From the NCBI GenBank assembly GCA_015063625.1, contig SVTT01000005.1, positions 44,979 through 108,978 of the forward strand: DNA of 64,000 nucleotides. Direction: 5' to 3'. Source of the DNA: Oscillospiraceae bacterium. GTDB lineage: Bacteria; Bacillota; Clostridia; Oscillospirales; CAG-272. Shown here one piece after another: positions 8,181 through 17,522 of the stretch (the stretch's first letter is position 1; every line of letters begins with the position of its first letter). Position numbers and translations under genes: made by a program. Under the pieces are notes generated by a model. It did not search any database. It saw nothing but the letters and a program-made list of their open reading frames with translations, and was not told where the DNA came from.

Positions 8181-9239
8181 ATGGCAGGAAGAAGCTTGAA
8201 AACAGGCGTTGCCTATCACGGCAACCGCATGCCCTCGCACGTCCGTGCGGATATGGCGGAGATCGCGCGCGCAGATATGGACATCGTGGTACATATGCTC
8301 TCACACACCGACTGGGAGCGCCATAAGACGGTGATGAAGGATATCTTTGCCATCACCGAGGACGCGGGCATGGAGGTTTGGGTGGATAACTGGGGCATCG
8401 GCGGAGCACCCGGTGACAAGTCGCATTTCCTTTCCTATCATCCCGATGCACATATGTACAACAGCGACGGTACCATTCATCCTTATCAGGTCTGTCTGAA
8501 TAGCCCAGAATACCGCAAGTTCGTAAAGGAATGGCTGGATACCGTGGCGGAGATCGGGGGAAAGACGGTGTTTTGGGACGAGCCCTTTTTTCCCACGCCC
8601 AAGCCGAGCTATCCGGGTGAGGCGGTGGTCTTTACCTGCCGCTGTCCCCGCTGTCAAAGGCTTTATTTCGAGCGTTACGGAAAGGAGATGCCGACGGGGC
8701 TTTGCGCCGAGGTGGATGAATTCCGTTCGGCAACGCTGCTTGACTATTTCGGCGAGATCACGGCATACGCCGCCTCGCTCGGGCTTTATAACGCCGTTTG
8801 CGTGATGCTCAAGCCCCATTACGGCATCAGCCTCGATACGTTGGATCGGATCTGCAGTCTGCCCCATTTGCATAACGTGGGCTGTGATCCCTATTGGTAC
8901 AGTCACGGCGAGCCGGTCGATCCCTATGAGTTCGTCTATGAAAAAACAAGGAAGAATATGGAGATCGCGCGGGACTATCATAAGGACCATAACGTCTGGA
9001 TCCAGACCTATCATGTTCCGCGCGGCAGGGAGGAGGAGATCATTGAGGCGACCGCCGCCGCATACGATGCGGGCGCACGCACCCTGCTTGCATGGGGCTT
9101 CCGCGGCAGTGAATCCAACGACTACCGCGCCGAGAATCCCGAGCGGACCTGGCAGATGACCGTGGAGGCGATGCGTCGTATCCGCTCGGTCGAGCGTGAC
9201 CGCATCTGGGAGGAAAATCGAAAAAAATATATGCACTGA
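8181..9239 (+). CDS. hypothetical enzyme, possibly a TIM-barrel glycoside-hydrolase-like protein
   Basis: 352 aa with RBS AAGGAGGAG. The alternating beta/alpha-like pattern carries conserved acidic and aromatic residues (VWVDNWG, FWDEPFF, VWIQTY, LLAWGF). A CRCPRC cysteine cluster is present. I cannot place it in a named family, so the call is tentative. Confidence 0.45.
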   Translation: MAGRSLKTGVAYHGNRMPSHVRADMAEIARADMDIVVHMLSHTDWERHKTVMKDIFAITEDAGMEVWVDNWGIGGAPGDKSHFLSYHPDAHMYNSDGTIHPYQVCLNSPEYRKFVKEWLDTVAEIGGKTVFWDEPFFPTPKPSYPGEAVVFTCRCPRCQRLYFERYGKEMPTGLCAEVDEFRSATLLDYFGEITAYAASLGLYNAVCVMLKPHYGISLDTLDRICSLPHLHNVGCDPYWYSHGEPVDPYEFVYEKTRKNMEIARDYHKDHNVWIQTYHVPRGREEEIIEATAAAYDAGARTLLAWGFRGSESNDYRAENPERTWQMTVEAMRRIRSVERDRIWEENRKKYMH

Positions 9240-9269
9240 GGATCTCATGTGTAAAAAAGAGGTTTTGAT

Positions 9270-10151
9270 ATGATCAATGCATTGTCGGTCGGCATGATGG
9301 TACTGCTTTATACCATGCAATCACTTCTTTGCAAGAAGTATTCGGATCACTATCCGGGCGATCCAGAGATGGCGTCCCCCGTGTTTACGGTGGTCAGTGG
9401 GATGTTTGTGGTCCTGGTTGCCTTTTTCGTGTCGGGCTTTTCGTTTTCCTTTTCGTCGGTCACGGTCCTGCTCGGTGTGATCAACGCCGTAGCGCTCTTC
9501 GGCTACAACCGCTTCATCATTGAGGCGGCGCAAAGCGGTCCTTACTCGGTGTTGATGGTTTTTTCGATTGCGGGCGGCATCGTGATCCCCACCGCCGTTG
9601 CCCATCTGCTTTTTCAAGAATCACTCTCAATTCTTAAGATTCTTGCCCTGCTCGTTGTCTTTCTGGCTGTCTGGCTCATTTCCCGCAAGCAGGGTGAGGC
9701 AAGACCCAAAAGCGGCAAATTTTTTGTCACCTGCCTTCTTCTCGGCATCTGCAACGGTACGTACGGCTGCCTGCTTGACGTACAGCAGCGCCTCACGGGT
9801 GTAGAGGAAAAGGATGAGATGGTGGCGATCACCTATGGCGTTGCCGTCCTGCTTTCTTTTGTCGTGCTCGCAATCAAGCAGAAAAGGAGGATCGCTGCCA
9901 CCATGCGGCAGACGGGACGCTCGGCACTTTATCTTGCCGCGTGCTCGCTCGCCGTGGCGGCTGCCATCAATCTGCTCGTTTACATCATACCGCTTGTCGA
10001 CCTGACGGTGCTTTATACCCTTGACAATTCCGGCACGATGCTGCTGAGCGTCATTGCCTCGGTCATCTTTTTCCGCGAAAGGCTGTCAAGGACCAACGTG
10101 ATCGGGTGTGTGACCATGGCGGCTGCTTTGGTTGCGGTGGCGCTTCTTTGA
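9270..10151 (+). CDS. DMT-superfamily (EamA-like) 10-TM transporter
   Basis: 293 aa made of two ~140-aa hydrophobic halves of 5 TM each, which is typical of drug/metabolite transporter duplication. It lies directly downstream of the hydrolase-like gene. Confidence 0.6.
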   Translation: MINALSVGMMVLLYTMQSLLCKKYSDHYPGDPEMASPVFTVVSGMFVVLVAFFVSGFSFSFSSVTVLLGVINAVALFGYNRFIIEAAQSGPYSVLMVFSIAGGIVIPTAVAHLLFQESLSILKILALLVVFLAVWLISRKQGEARPKSGKFFVTCLLLGICNGTYGCLLDVQQRLTGVEEKDEMVAITYGVAVLLSFVVLAIKQKRRIAATMRQTGRSALYLAACSLAVAAAINLLVYIIPLVDLTVLYTLDNSGTMLLSVIASVIFFRERLSRTNVIGCVTMAAALVAVALL

Positions 10152-10254
10152 CAAAATTCCTTCTCCCCCCTTTACAATTGAGATGAAAGAGGTTATAATA
10201 ATATATTAGAGTACCGCGCGGCGTCAGCCGTTGTCGTTTTTGCAGGGAGGATCT

Positions 10255-12138
10255 ATGAAGGGGAGGACACTGTGGCTTCAAAAGGATGACAAGGGGTATC
10301 TGACCCCCACGCTCCTGACCGCCACGCTTTTCGGCGTGCTGGTGTGTGCGCTGGTCGCAGGCATTTTTGCCAATAAAAGCATGCCGCCCGCCGAGGGCTG
10401 GTATTCCTATTATGCCTATCTCATCAATGAGCAGGGCGCCGTTCCTTATGTGGATTTCGAGCTGCTCTTTCCCCCGCTTTATACCTATCTGATCGCGGTG
10501 TTCACCCGTGTGTTCGGCTATAGCATCATTGCCCTGCGCATCCTCGGCGTGGTGCTCTTTGCCGCGACCGGCGCGGTGGCTGTGCTGATTTTTGATCAGC
10601 TGACCGACAACCGTCGCTTTGCCATGCTGGCAGGTCCCCTCGCGGCGCTGGTGCTGCAAAGCGAGGTCGTGCAGGTCTTTTACGATTATATCCGCGTGAT
10701 GGATCTTCACGTCTATCTTTCGGTCTATTTCTTTCTGCGCTATTTTGCCCGTCTTGATCGGGGAGAGGAGCGTCGGTATCGCTTGGTGGACAAGCATGTC
10801 CTGCTCGGTGCGGTGTTTGCCGTTCTTGCCAGCATGTATAAGCAGAGCAGTGGACTTTTCTTCCTGCTTTTCTGCTATGCGGTCTTCCTGTTTTTGTTCA
10901 TTCTTCCCTCCCGTAAAAGGGAATATCTCCGTCACCTGCTCACGCTGCTCGGCACCACGGTGGTGCTTTACGGCACAATGCTCCTGCTCCTTGCCTCCAA
11001 GGGGGCGCTTGACGAATATTTCTATTACAACTTCAGTGCCTCGGTTTCGGCGAAGGGTGGCAGCCTGTTTGATCTGCTGTTCGGCTGGATCCTCCGTGAC
11101 GGAAAGCATCTTCTCACAGGCTCGATCGTGGCGGTGCTTTTCTTCGCCGCAGTCTTCGTGCTTTCGCATTATGCAAAGCGCTTCGAGGATACGGAAAACA
11201 AGCCCCGTTCCCACCGTTATTGGGCAATTCTGATCGGCTCGACCGTGCTGGTCGCGGGCGGTGTGATCACGCTGGGTATTCGCGTGCTGCTGCGGAACAA
11301 CTGGTACTTTTTCCGGACCTGGAAGCTGATGGCGGTACTGGTGATACTTGCGCTGGTTTTCGGGTCGCTTGCCTTCGGCATGATCCTCCGTCGCCGTCTG
11401 ACTCCTGTGCCCGACGGCTCTCGCTACCGTTATTTTTTCCTCTCGGGTTCTGCCTTTGTGCTGGCGTTTGCCGTCTGTACCTCGGGCGGCGTGACCGAGA
11501 GCCAATCGGCGCTCGGCTATCCGCTGATCGCGGCGATCCTGCTGCCGCACCTGACCTTCCGCCGTCGCGAGATCGCAGCGTGTGCGCTCTCGGTCGTGAT
11601 GCTCTTTGAGGCGGGTATTGCATGGGGGAGAAAATCGATCTGTATGTATACCTGGTGGGGGCTTGACGTCGGTGCGATCTGGGAACAGACCGAGGGGACC
11701 GACGTGCCGCTTCTGAAGGGGCTTCGCATGAAAAAGGAATATGCCCAAATGTATGAGGCGGTCTACCGTGACGTGACTGCGTTCACAACACCCGAGGATC
11801 CGATCTTCGTCTTTCCGCATATGCCGATCCTGTATCTGATGACCGAGCGCGATAAGGCGACCGATACCGCCATTCAGTGGTTTGATGTTTCCACCGATGC
11901 GGCTGTGATCGCCGATATCGACCGACTGAAGGAGCATCCTCCGAAGATGATGGTGCTCAGCACCGTGGGGGATTACGCCGTCGCCTCACACGAATCCTCC
12001 TTCAGAGGAGGAGAGCAGAGCGGGCTTGGCGCTATGCGCGATTTTCTGCCCGAATTCCGCGCCGAGCAAGGATACCGATTGCTCGGGTCTTATCAGGTCA
12101 GTGCGGATTATACCGTCACGGTCTGGATTCTTCCTTAA
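10255..12138 (+). CDS. large polytopic membrane protein, possibly a GT-C (ArnT/PMT-like) glycosyltransferase
   Basis: ATG at 10255 (codon 9 of the track ORF) follows GGGAGGA. It has about 12 TM helices. An acidic motif lies in the first external loop (PYVDFELLFPPLY). A soluble C-terminal domain of ~150 aa follows. The family assignment comes from architecture only. Confidence 0.45.
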   Translation: MKGRTLWLQKDDKGYLTPTLLTATLFGVLVCALVAGIFANKSMPPAEGWYSYYAYLINEQGAVPYVDFELLFPPLYTYLIAVFTRVFGYSIIALRILGVVLFAATGAVAVLIFDQLTDNRRFAMLAGPLAALVLQSEVVQVFYDYIRVMDLHVYLSVYFFLRYFARLDRGEERRYRLVDKHVLLGAVFAVLASMYKQSSGLFFLLFCYAVFLFLFILPSRKREYLRHLLTLLGTTVVLYGTMLLLLASKGALDEYFYYNFSASVSAKGGSLFDLLFGWILRDGKHLLTGSIVAVLFFAAVFVLSHYAKRFEDTENKPRSHRYWAILIGSTVLVAGGVITLGIRVLLRNNWYFFRTWKLMAVLVILALVFGSLAFGMILRRRLTPVPDGSRYRYFFLSGSAFVLAFAVCTSGGVTESQSALGYPLIAAILLPHLTFRRREIAACALSVVMLFEAGIAWGRKSICMYTWWGLDVGAIWEQTEGTDVPLLKGLRMKKEYAQMYEAVYRDVTAFTTPEDPIFVFPHMPILYLMTERDKATDTAIQWFDVSTDAAVIADIDRLKEHPPKMMVLSTVGDYAVASHESSFRGGEQSGLGAMRDFLPEFRAEQGYRLLGSYQVSADYTVTVWILP

Positions 12139-12145
12139 AATAAAC

Positions 12146-12190
12146 GGGGTGCGTTTGACAAAAGTGTCAGATGCACCCCTTGCTTTATTA
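12146..12190 (+). terminator. intrinsic terminator
   Basis: GGGGTGCGTTTGACA-AAAG-TGTCAGATGCACCCC followed by TTGCTTTATT. Confidence 0.65.
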
Positions 12191-12228
12191 TACAGAATGA
12201 CAAAAATGAGAAAAAGTTACAAAAGGTG

Positions 12229-12257
12229 TTGACAAATGCTTCAAATGGTGGTATGAT
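12229..12257 (+). promoter_or_regulatory. sigma-A type promoter of the amino-acid ABC operon
   Basis: TTGACA (12229-12234), a 17-nt spacer ending in TGG, then TATGAT (12252-12257). Confidence 0.55.
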
Positions 12258-12315
12258 AGTCGCGTGCTTTAGTCAAGTAAAGTGATAAAGCAAATTCAAA
12301 AATTGGAGAAATAAC

Positions 12316-13167
12316 ATGAAAAAGATTCTGACTCTCGCGCTTGCACTGCTGATGATCGTCGGCTGTGTCGCCACCTTTGCCTCCTGCGGCAAGAAGTCCG
12401 ACTGGGAGAAGGTGGAAAAGAACGGTAAGTTCATCTGCGGCATCACCATTTACGCTCCTATGAACTATTATGATGCAAACGGTGACCTGGTTGCCGACGA
12501 CAGCGGCGATCTCATCGGCTTTGATACCGAGCTTGCCAGACTGGTTGCCCAGAAGCTGGGTGTTGACGTGGAATTCCAGGTGATCGACTGGGGCAATAAG
12601 TATGCCGAGCTTCAGGCAGGCACCATCGACTGCATCTGGAACGGCTTTACCTCCAACTCTAAGGATTCCGACGGCATCGAGCGCTCGGAGAAGGTCGACT
12701 TTACTTATGCGTACCTTGATAACAAGCAGTGCGTGGTCGTTAAGACCGACCGCCTTGGTGAGTTCACCTCTGCCGCTTCGCTTTCGGGCAAGAAGGCAGG
12801 TGCCGAGAACGGCAGTGCGGGTGAGTCCTACGCCCAGAGCGCAGGCGCGACCATCGAGGCTGCAAAGTCCTCCCAGCTTGCTGTGTTTACCGACCTGAAC
12901 GCCAACACCGTTGATTTCATCGTGGTGGATAAGCTGCTTGCCGATGAGGTCGTGGGCAAGGGCGATTATGCCAACCTTTCGATCGTCAGTGCCATTGACA
13001 TCGACCCCGAGGTCTACTCTATCGGTTGCCGCAAGAACAGCGACCTTGATGAGAAGATCAACGAGGCGCTCGTTGAGCTGCTTAACGAGGGTAAGGTCGA
13101 GGAGCTCGCCGCTAAGTACGGCGTTCGCGTAACCGACTCCTTCATGGCAAAAAAGACTGCACAGTAA
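12316..13167 (+). CDS. amino-acid ABC transporter substrate-binding lipoprotein
   Basis: 283 aa. It has a signal peptide with lipobox (TFASCG). The polar amino-acid binding-protein family 3 pattern is present (GFDTELARLVAQKLGVDVEFQVIDWGNKYAELQAGTIDCIWNGFT). Confidence 0.85.
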   Translation: MKKILTLALALLMIVGCVATFASCGKKSDWEKVEKNGKFICGITIYAPMNYYDANGDLVADDSGDLIGFDTELARLVAQKLGVDVEFQVIDWGNKYAELQAGTIDCIWNGFTSNSKDSDGIERSEKVDFTYAYLDNKQCVVVKTDRLGEFTSAASLSGKKAGAENGSAGESYAQSAGATIEAAKSSQLAVFTDLNANTVDFIVVDKLLADEVVGKGDYANLSIVSAIDIDPEVYSIGCRKNSDLDEKINEALVELLNEGKVEELAAKYGVRVTDSFMAKKTAQ

Positions 13168-13176
13168 GGATCTGTA

Positions 13177-13824
13177 ATGAGGCTGTTTTTAGAAGTCACC
13201 CTAAGTCTTCTCAAGGGATTTGGAACGACGTGTTCTATTTTTGGGCTAACACTTGTGTTAGCCCTTCCTTTGGGTTTGCTCATTTCCTTCGGAACGATGT
13301 CGAAATTCCGCCCCGTCAAGGCGGTATTTAAGACCTTTGTCTGGATCATCCGCGGCGTGCCGCTGATGCTTCAGCTCTTCGTGGTGTTTTATGTACCGGG
13401 CTTCTTATTCGGCACACCCATCACCAGCCGATTTTCGGCGACCATTATTGCCTTCGTCATCAATTATGCCTGCTATTTTTCGGAGATCTACCGTGCGGGC
13501 ATCGAGGCGATCCCCACGGGGCAGACCGAGGCGGGCGAGGTGCTTGGCATGACGAAGTGGCAGATCTTTCGCAAGGTCATCTTTATGCAGGTCGTCAAGC
13601 GCATCATTCCCCCGATGGGTAATGAGATCATTACACTGGTCAAGGATACCGCCCTTGCCCGTGTGATCGCCGTGACTGAGATCATCTGGCGTGCCGAGCA
13701 GTTTACCAGCCGTGCACTCATCTGGCCTCTCTTTTACACGGCAGTTTTCTATCTCGCCTTTGTGGGTGCGCTGACCCTTCTTTTCGGCTATGCGGAAAAG
13801 AAATTAAGCTATTATAAGGTGTAG
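13177..13824 (+). CDS. amino-acid ABC transporter permease (His/Glu/Gln/Arg type)
   Basis: 215 aa, 5 TM. It has the EAA-loop-like motif [29 protein letters not shown]. Confidence 0.85.
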   Translation: MRLFLEVTLSLLKGFGTTCSIFGLTLVLALPLGLLISFGTMSKFRPVKAVFKTFVWIIRGVPLMLQLFVVFYVPGFLFGTPITSRFSATIIAFVINYACYFSEIYRAGIEAIPTGQTEAGEVLGMTKWQIFRKVIFMQVVKRIIPPMGNEIITLVKDTALARVIAVTEIIWRAEQFTSRALIWPLFYTAVFYLAFVGALTLLFGYAEKKLSYYKV

Positions 13825-13825
13825 T

Positions 13826-14620
13826 ATGAGCTTTTTAACGGTTAAAAATATCAACAAATCCTTTGGCGATACCGTGGTGCTGCGCGGTATCGATTTCACA
13901 CTCGAGAAGGGTGAGGTCGTCAGCATCATCGGCTCCTCGGGCAGCGGAAAAACAACGCTGCTCCGTTGCCTGAACTTTCTTGAGATCGCCGATGAGGGCG
14001 AGATCACGGTGGGTGACGAGGTCATATTTAAGGCGGAAAAGGGGCTTCTTTTCAGTGATAAGGAGCTGCGCGAGAAGCGCTCCCGCTTCGGACTTGTTTT
14101 TCAGTCCTTCCACCTGTTTCCTCAGTATACGGCATTCGAAAATCTGATGCTGGCACCCACGCTGCGGCTTGACGAGCGTGCCAAAAAGGAGAAAATGCCC
14201 GTCGCAGAGAAGCGCGCCGAGCTGGATCGCATCCGCGACGAGGCGAAAAAGCTGCTTGCGCAGGTCGGACTTGCCGAGAAGGCGGATTTTTATCCTTGCC
14301 AGCTTTCGGGCGGTCAGCAGCAGCGTGTTGCCATTGCGAGAGCACTCATGCTCTCTCCCGACATCCTTTGCTTTGACGAGCCCACCTCGGCACTTGATCC
14401 TGAGCTGACGGGAGAGGTGCTGCGCGTGATCAAGTCGCTCAAGAATTCGGAGCGCACCATGATCATCGTGACGCACGAGATGGAGTTTGCCCGTAACGTT
14501 TCCGACCACGTGATCTTCATGGCGGATGGCGTCATCGAGGAGGAGGGAACCCCCGAGGAGGTCTTCGGCAATCCGAAGAGTGAGAAGACGAAGGCTTTTC
14601 TTTCCCCGAAGGACGCATGA
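13826..14620 (+). CDS. amino-acid ABC transporter ATP-binding protein
   Basis: 264 aa with Walker [10 protein letters not shown], signature [15 protein letters not shown], Walker [13 protein letters not shown] and an H-loop (VTHEM). It carries a ~20-aa charged insertion ([26 protein letters not shown]). Confidence 0.9.
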   Translation: MSFLTVKNINKSFGDTVVLRGIDFTLEKGEVVSIIGSSGSGKTTLLRCLNFLEIADEGEITVGDEVIFKAEKGLLFSDKELREKRSRFGLVFQSFHLFPQYTAFENLMLAPTLRLDERAKKEKMPVAEKRAELDRIRDEAKKLLAQVGLAEKADFYPCQLSGGQQQRVAIARALMLSPDILCFDEPTSALDPELTGEVLRVIKSLKNSERTMIIVTHEMEFARNVSDHVIFMADGVIEEEGTPEEVFGNPKSEKTKAFLSPKDA

Positions 14621-14626
14621 GTGGCT

Positions 14627-14930
14627 CGCCCAATCAGCGGCGCGATGCGGCGTTGCGCCTCGACTCGCGGTGCTCGGCGTAGGTAACTACGCCGTCGCCC
14701 CCCTCGCTCGGTGCGCCTTGCCTCGCTTGCGTCTTGAACGAGCGGGGAAGCTTGTACTTCGCCCAATCAGCGGCGCGATGCGGCGTTGCGCCTCGACTCG
14801 CGGTGCTCGGCGTAGGTAACTACGCCGTCGCCCCCTCGCTCGGTGCGCCTTGCCTCGCTTGCGTCTTGAACGAGCGGGGAAGCTTGTACTTCGCCCAATC
14901 AGCGGCGCGATGCGGCGTTGCGCCTCGACT
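14627..14930. repeat. GC-rich tandem repeat, 132-133-bp unit x ~2.3
   Basis: CGCCCAATCAGCGGCGCGATGCGGCGTTGCGCCTCGACT starts at 14627, 14760 and 14892. The copies are near-identical apart from one C-run length difference. The array begins 6 nt after the ABC ATPase stop codon. Confidence 0.9.
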
Positions 14931-14950
14931 TTCTTCTGCTGTGCCATAAC

Positions 14951-15003
14951 AAAAAGCAAAACAGGAGCAGATGGCTTTTGCCTTCTGCTCCTGTTTTGCT
15001 TTC
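14951..15003. terminator. bidirectional terminator between the ABC operon and convergent recG
   Basis: AAAAAGCAAAACAGGAGCAGA ... TCTGCTCCTGTTTTGCTTTC, a ~17-bp stem with A and T flanks. Confidence 0.7.
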
Positions 15004-15175
15004 GATAAATTGGTGTTGTCGCATATCAACAGGCTGTGTCATGAATTCTTGTTTTACACCCCTTGTGAATTGCACCCGATGGTCGCAGGCGATCCGTGGG
15101 GGCTACCTTCTGTTCGCGTTGCCGCAGGGCTGTAATTCACTGCGTCACATTGTCCCGTGATATCGCATATGCCGA

Positions 15176-17314
15176 TCAGCTGATGGTGTCGGTGTCAAGA
15201 GTAAACATCCGATCCACGGTGGTGCGAAGCAGAGGATGCGCGGCAAGCTCGGGATCGGCGTCGACCAGTGCCCGTGCACGGGAGAATGCGGTGGTCAGAA
15301 GTCCCGTATCGTCGCACAATGCCGCAAGACGGAACCGTACGCCTCCACTCTGCCTTATGGCGTCGTTGCCCGTGCCGGAAAGAAAATCACCCGGCCCGCG
15401 GAGTGCAAGATCCTTTTCTGCGATGGCAAAGCCGTCATAGGTGGTGCGCATGGTATCAAGGCGCCTTGCCGCAGTGGAATCTCCCTCGCGGTCGGTATCC
15501 GAAACCAGGATACAGTAGGATTTCCGCGTTCCGCGTCCGACGCGTCCGCGGAGCTGATGGAGCTGGGAAAGCCCGAAGCGCTCGGCGTTTTCCACGATCA
15601 TCAGATTGGCATTCGGTACATTCACACCCACCTCGATCACGGTGGTGGAAACAAGGACCTGGATCTCGCCTGCCGCAAAGCGCTGCATGATCTCCTCCTT
15701 CTGGCGGCTCTTCATCGAGCCGTGCACGAAGGCGACGGATAGCTCGGGCAGTGCCTCGCAAAGCTCGTCAGCATACTGTACCGCCGCCTTTAAGGGGGGA
15801 CGGTCGTCGGCAAGGGGGGCTTCCTCGCCGATCTCGGCAAGCAGGATCTCGTCGATCTCGGCGTCGCGCTCCTCGACGGCAGGGCAGACCACGTAGACCT
15901 GACCGCCTTCAAGACAGCATTTACGGATAAAGGCATTCAGACGTGCGCGATAGCTCTCGTTCACCACAAAGGTATCAACGCGCTGCCTGCCCGCGGGCAT
16001 CTCGTCGATGCGTGAGAGATCAAGATCTCCCCAAAGCGCCAGTGCGAGGGAACGGGGAATCGGCGTGGCGCTCATGACCAACATATGAGCGTGCTCATTC
16101 TTCTCCGAGAGGGTAGCGCGCTGTCTGACGCCGAAGCGGTGCTGCTCGTCTGTCACGATGATGCCGGGGGCGGCAAATTCCACCCCGTCAGAGAGAAGCG
16201 CCTGGGTGCCGATCACGATCGGAAGTCGCTTTTTTTCGTCACTCTGTGCAAGCGCCGCGCGTATACTTCGCTTTTGTGCCGCCGTTGTCGCGCCGATCAG
16301 AAGCGCCGTATCGATGCCCATGGCACCAAAGATGGGGGCAAGATCCTCGTAGTGCTGTCTGGCAAGGATCTCGGTGGGCGCCATCAGTGCCGCCTGTCTG
16401 CCGTTTTTGACGGCGATCAGCATGGCGGCTGCGGCGCAGACCGTCTTGCCGCAGCCCACGTCCCCCACGACGATGCGGCTCATCGGCGCGGTCTTTGCCA
16501 TATCGTTGCGGATCTCATCGATCACGCGCTCCTGTGCGCCCGTCAGACGGTAGGGAAGCGCGGACAGCAGATCACTGATGTCGCCGTCGGTGCAAGCCGG
16601 TGCGCCCTCGCGCTTGGCAGATCGCTTGGAGAGCGAAAGCCCCAGCGCAAAGATGAAGAATTCGTCAAAGATCAGACGCCGCTTGGCTGCAGCAAGAGCG
16701 CGGTAATCGGTGGGCTGATGGATATTACGCAGAGCAAATCCAAGGGTCGCAAGGCGCTCCTCCTCGCGGATCGCGTCGGGCAGCGGGTCCGCAAGCAGCG
16801 CGGCGGCAGAGAGCACACTTTCCACGTTTCCCGTAACCTGCTTGGACGTCAGACCTGCCGACAGACGGTAGACGGGCAGCAGATCGGGCAAGGGCTTGTT
16901 TTCCTCAAACGGCTCGGATTCGGGAGAGGTCATGACGTATTTTTTGCCCTTTTTCTGCACCTTGCCCCAAAAGCGGAAGGTTGATCCGAGCAGAAATCGG
17001 TTTTTGAGGTAATCCTGATTGAAAAAGGTGATCTCGCAAACGCCGCTTTCGTCAAAGGCGCGGAATTTCAAAAGCGACATCCTGCCTCTGATGCGGGTGC
17101 TGCGAGGCTCGGTGCCCACCGTCAGCACCAGTGCGGTTCGCGAATTTTCGGGTGCCTCGGAGAGAAGATGGACGTCGCCCCTGTTCTCGTAGGAGCGCGG
17201 AAAATGATACAGCAGATCGCCGAGCGTTTTGATGCCGAGCTTGCCGTATACGTTGATTTTGGCAGGACCGACGCCGTAAAGCCTGCCGATCCCGTCCTGA
17301 AGTTGCTCTGCCAT
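15176..17314 (-). CDS. recG: ATP-dependent DNA helicase RecG
   Basis: ATG at 17314 (codon 19 of the track ORF) follows GGGAGG. The N-terminal wedge/OB region is present. Helicase motifs are GDVGCGKT, TDEQHRFGV, MSATPIPR and QLRGRVGRG. Length 712 aa. Confidence 0.92.
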   Translation of the reverse strand: MAEQLQDGIGRLYGVGPAKINVYGKLGIKTLGDLLYHFPRSYENRGDVHLLSEAPENSRTALVLTVGTEPRSTRIRGRMSLLKFRAFDESGVCEITFFNQDYLKNRFLLGSTFRFWGKVQKKGKKYVMTSPESEPFEENKPLPDLLPVYRLSAGLTSKQVTGNVESVLSAAALLADPLPDAIREEERLATLGFALRNIHQPTDYRALAAAKRRLIFDEFFIFALGLSLSKRSAKREGAPACTDGDISDLLSALPYRLTGAQERVIDEIRNDMAKTAPMSRIVVGDVGCGKTVCAAAAMLIAVKNGRQAALMAPTEILARQHYEDLAPIFGAMGIDTALLIGATTAAQKRSIRAALAQSDEKKRLPIVIGTQALLSDGVEFAAPGIIVTDEQHRFGVRQRATLSEKNEHAHMLVMSATPIPRSLALALWGDLDLSRIDEMPAGRQRVDTFVVNESYRARLNAFIRKCCLEGGQVYVVCPAVEERDAEIDEILLAEIGEEAPLADDRPPLKAAVQYADELCEALPELSVAFVHGSMKSRQKEEIMQRFAAGEIQVLVSTTVIEVGVNVPNANLMIVENAERFGLSQLHQLRGRVGRGTRKSYCILVSDTDREGDSTAARRLDTMRTTYDGFAIAEKDLALRGPGDFLSGTGNDAIRQSGGVRFRLAALCDDTGLLTTAFSRARALVDADPELAAHPLLRTTVDRMFTLDTDTIS

Positions 17315-17439
17315 AGCCGCCTCCCAAAACAGTGTTGAAGTGTTATACACCATTATAGCAAACATCACTTCTTTTTGTCAAGAAAGCAGACGCGTGCCGC
17401 GGCGCTTTTCAAAAAAAATGGGCATTGTCGGTTTTTCTC

Positions 17440-17468
17440 TTGACAGGCTTCAAAATTTAGGTTATAAT
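17440..17468 (+). promoter_or_regulatory. sigma-A type promoter of the LRR lipoprotein gene
   Basis: TTGACA (17440-17445), a 17-nt spacer, then TATAAT (17463-17468). Confidence 0.55.
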
Positions 17469-17522
17469 ATCCATATAATGAATTCGTGTGGCATGCTTGC
17501 CGCACAGGCGGAGGAACCTTAC

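Noticed and set aside
10063-11937. 624-aa minus-strand ORF
   Set aside because: It is antisense to the 12-TM membrane protein gene. The composition (runs of H, R, Q, E, G) is non-protein-like, and there is no RBS.
14526-14959. ORFs of 71-97 aa on both strands across the 133-bp tandem repeat
   Set aside because: They are open only because the repeat is GC-rich and stop-poor. The products are R/A/G/P low complexity, repeat the unit in several frames, and have no RBS.
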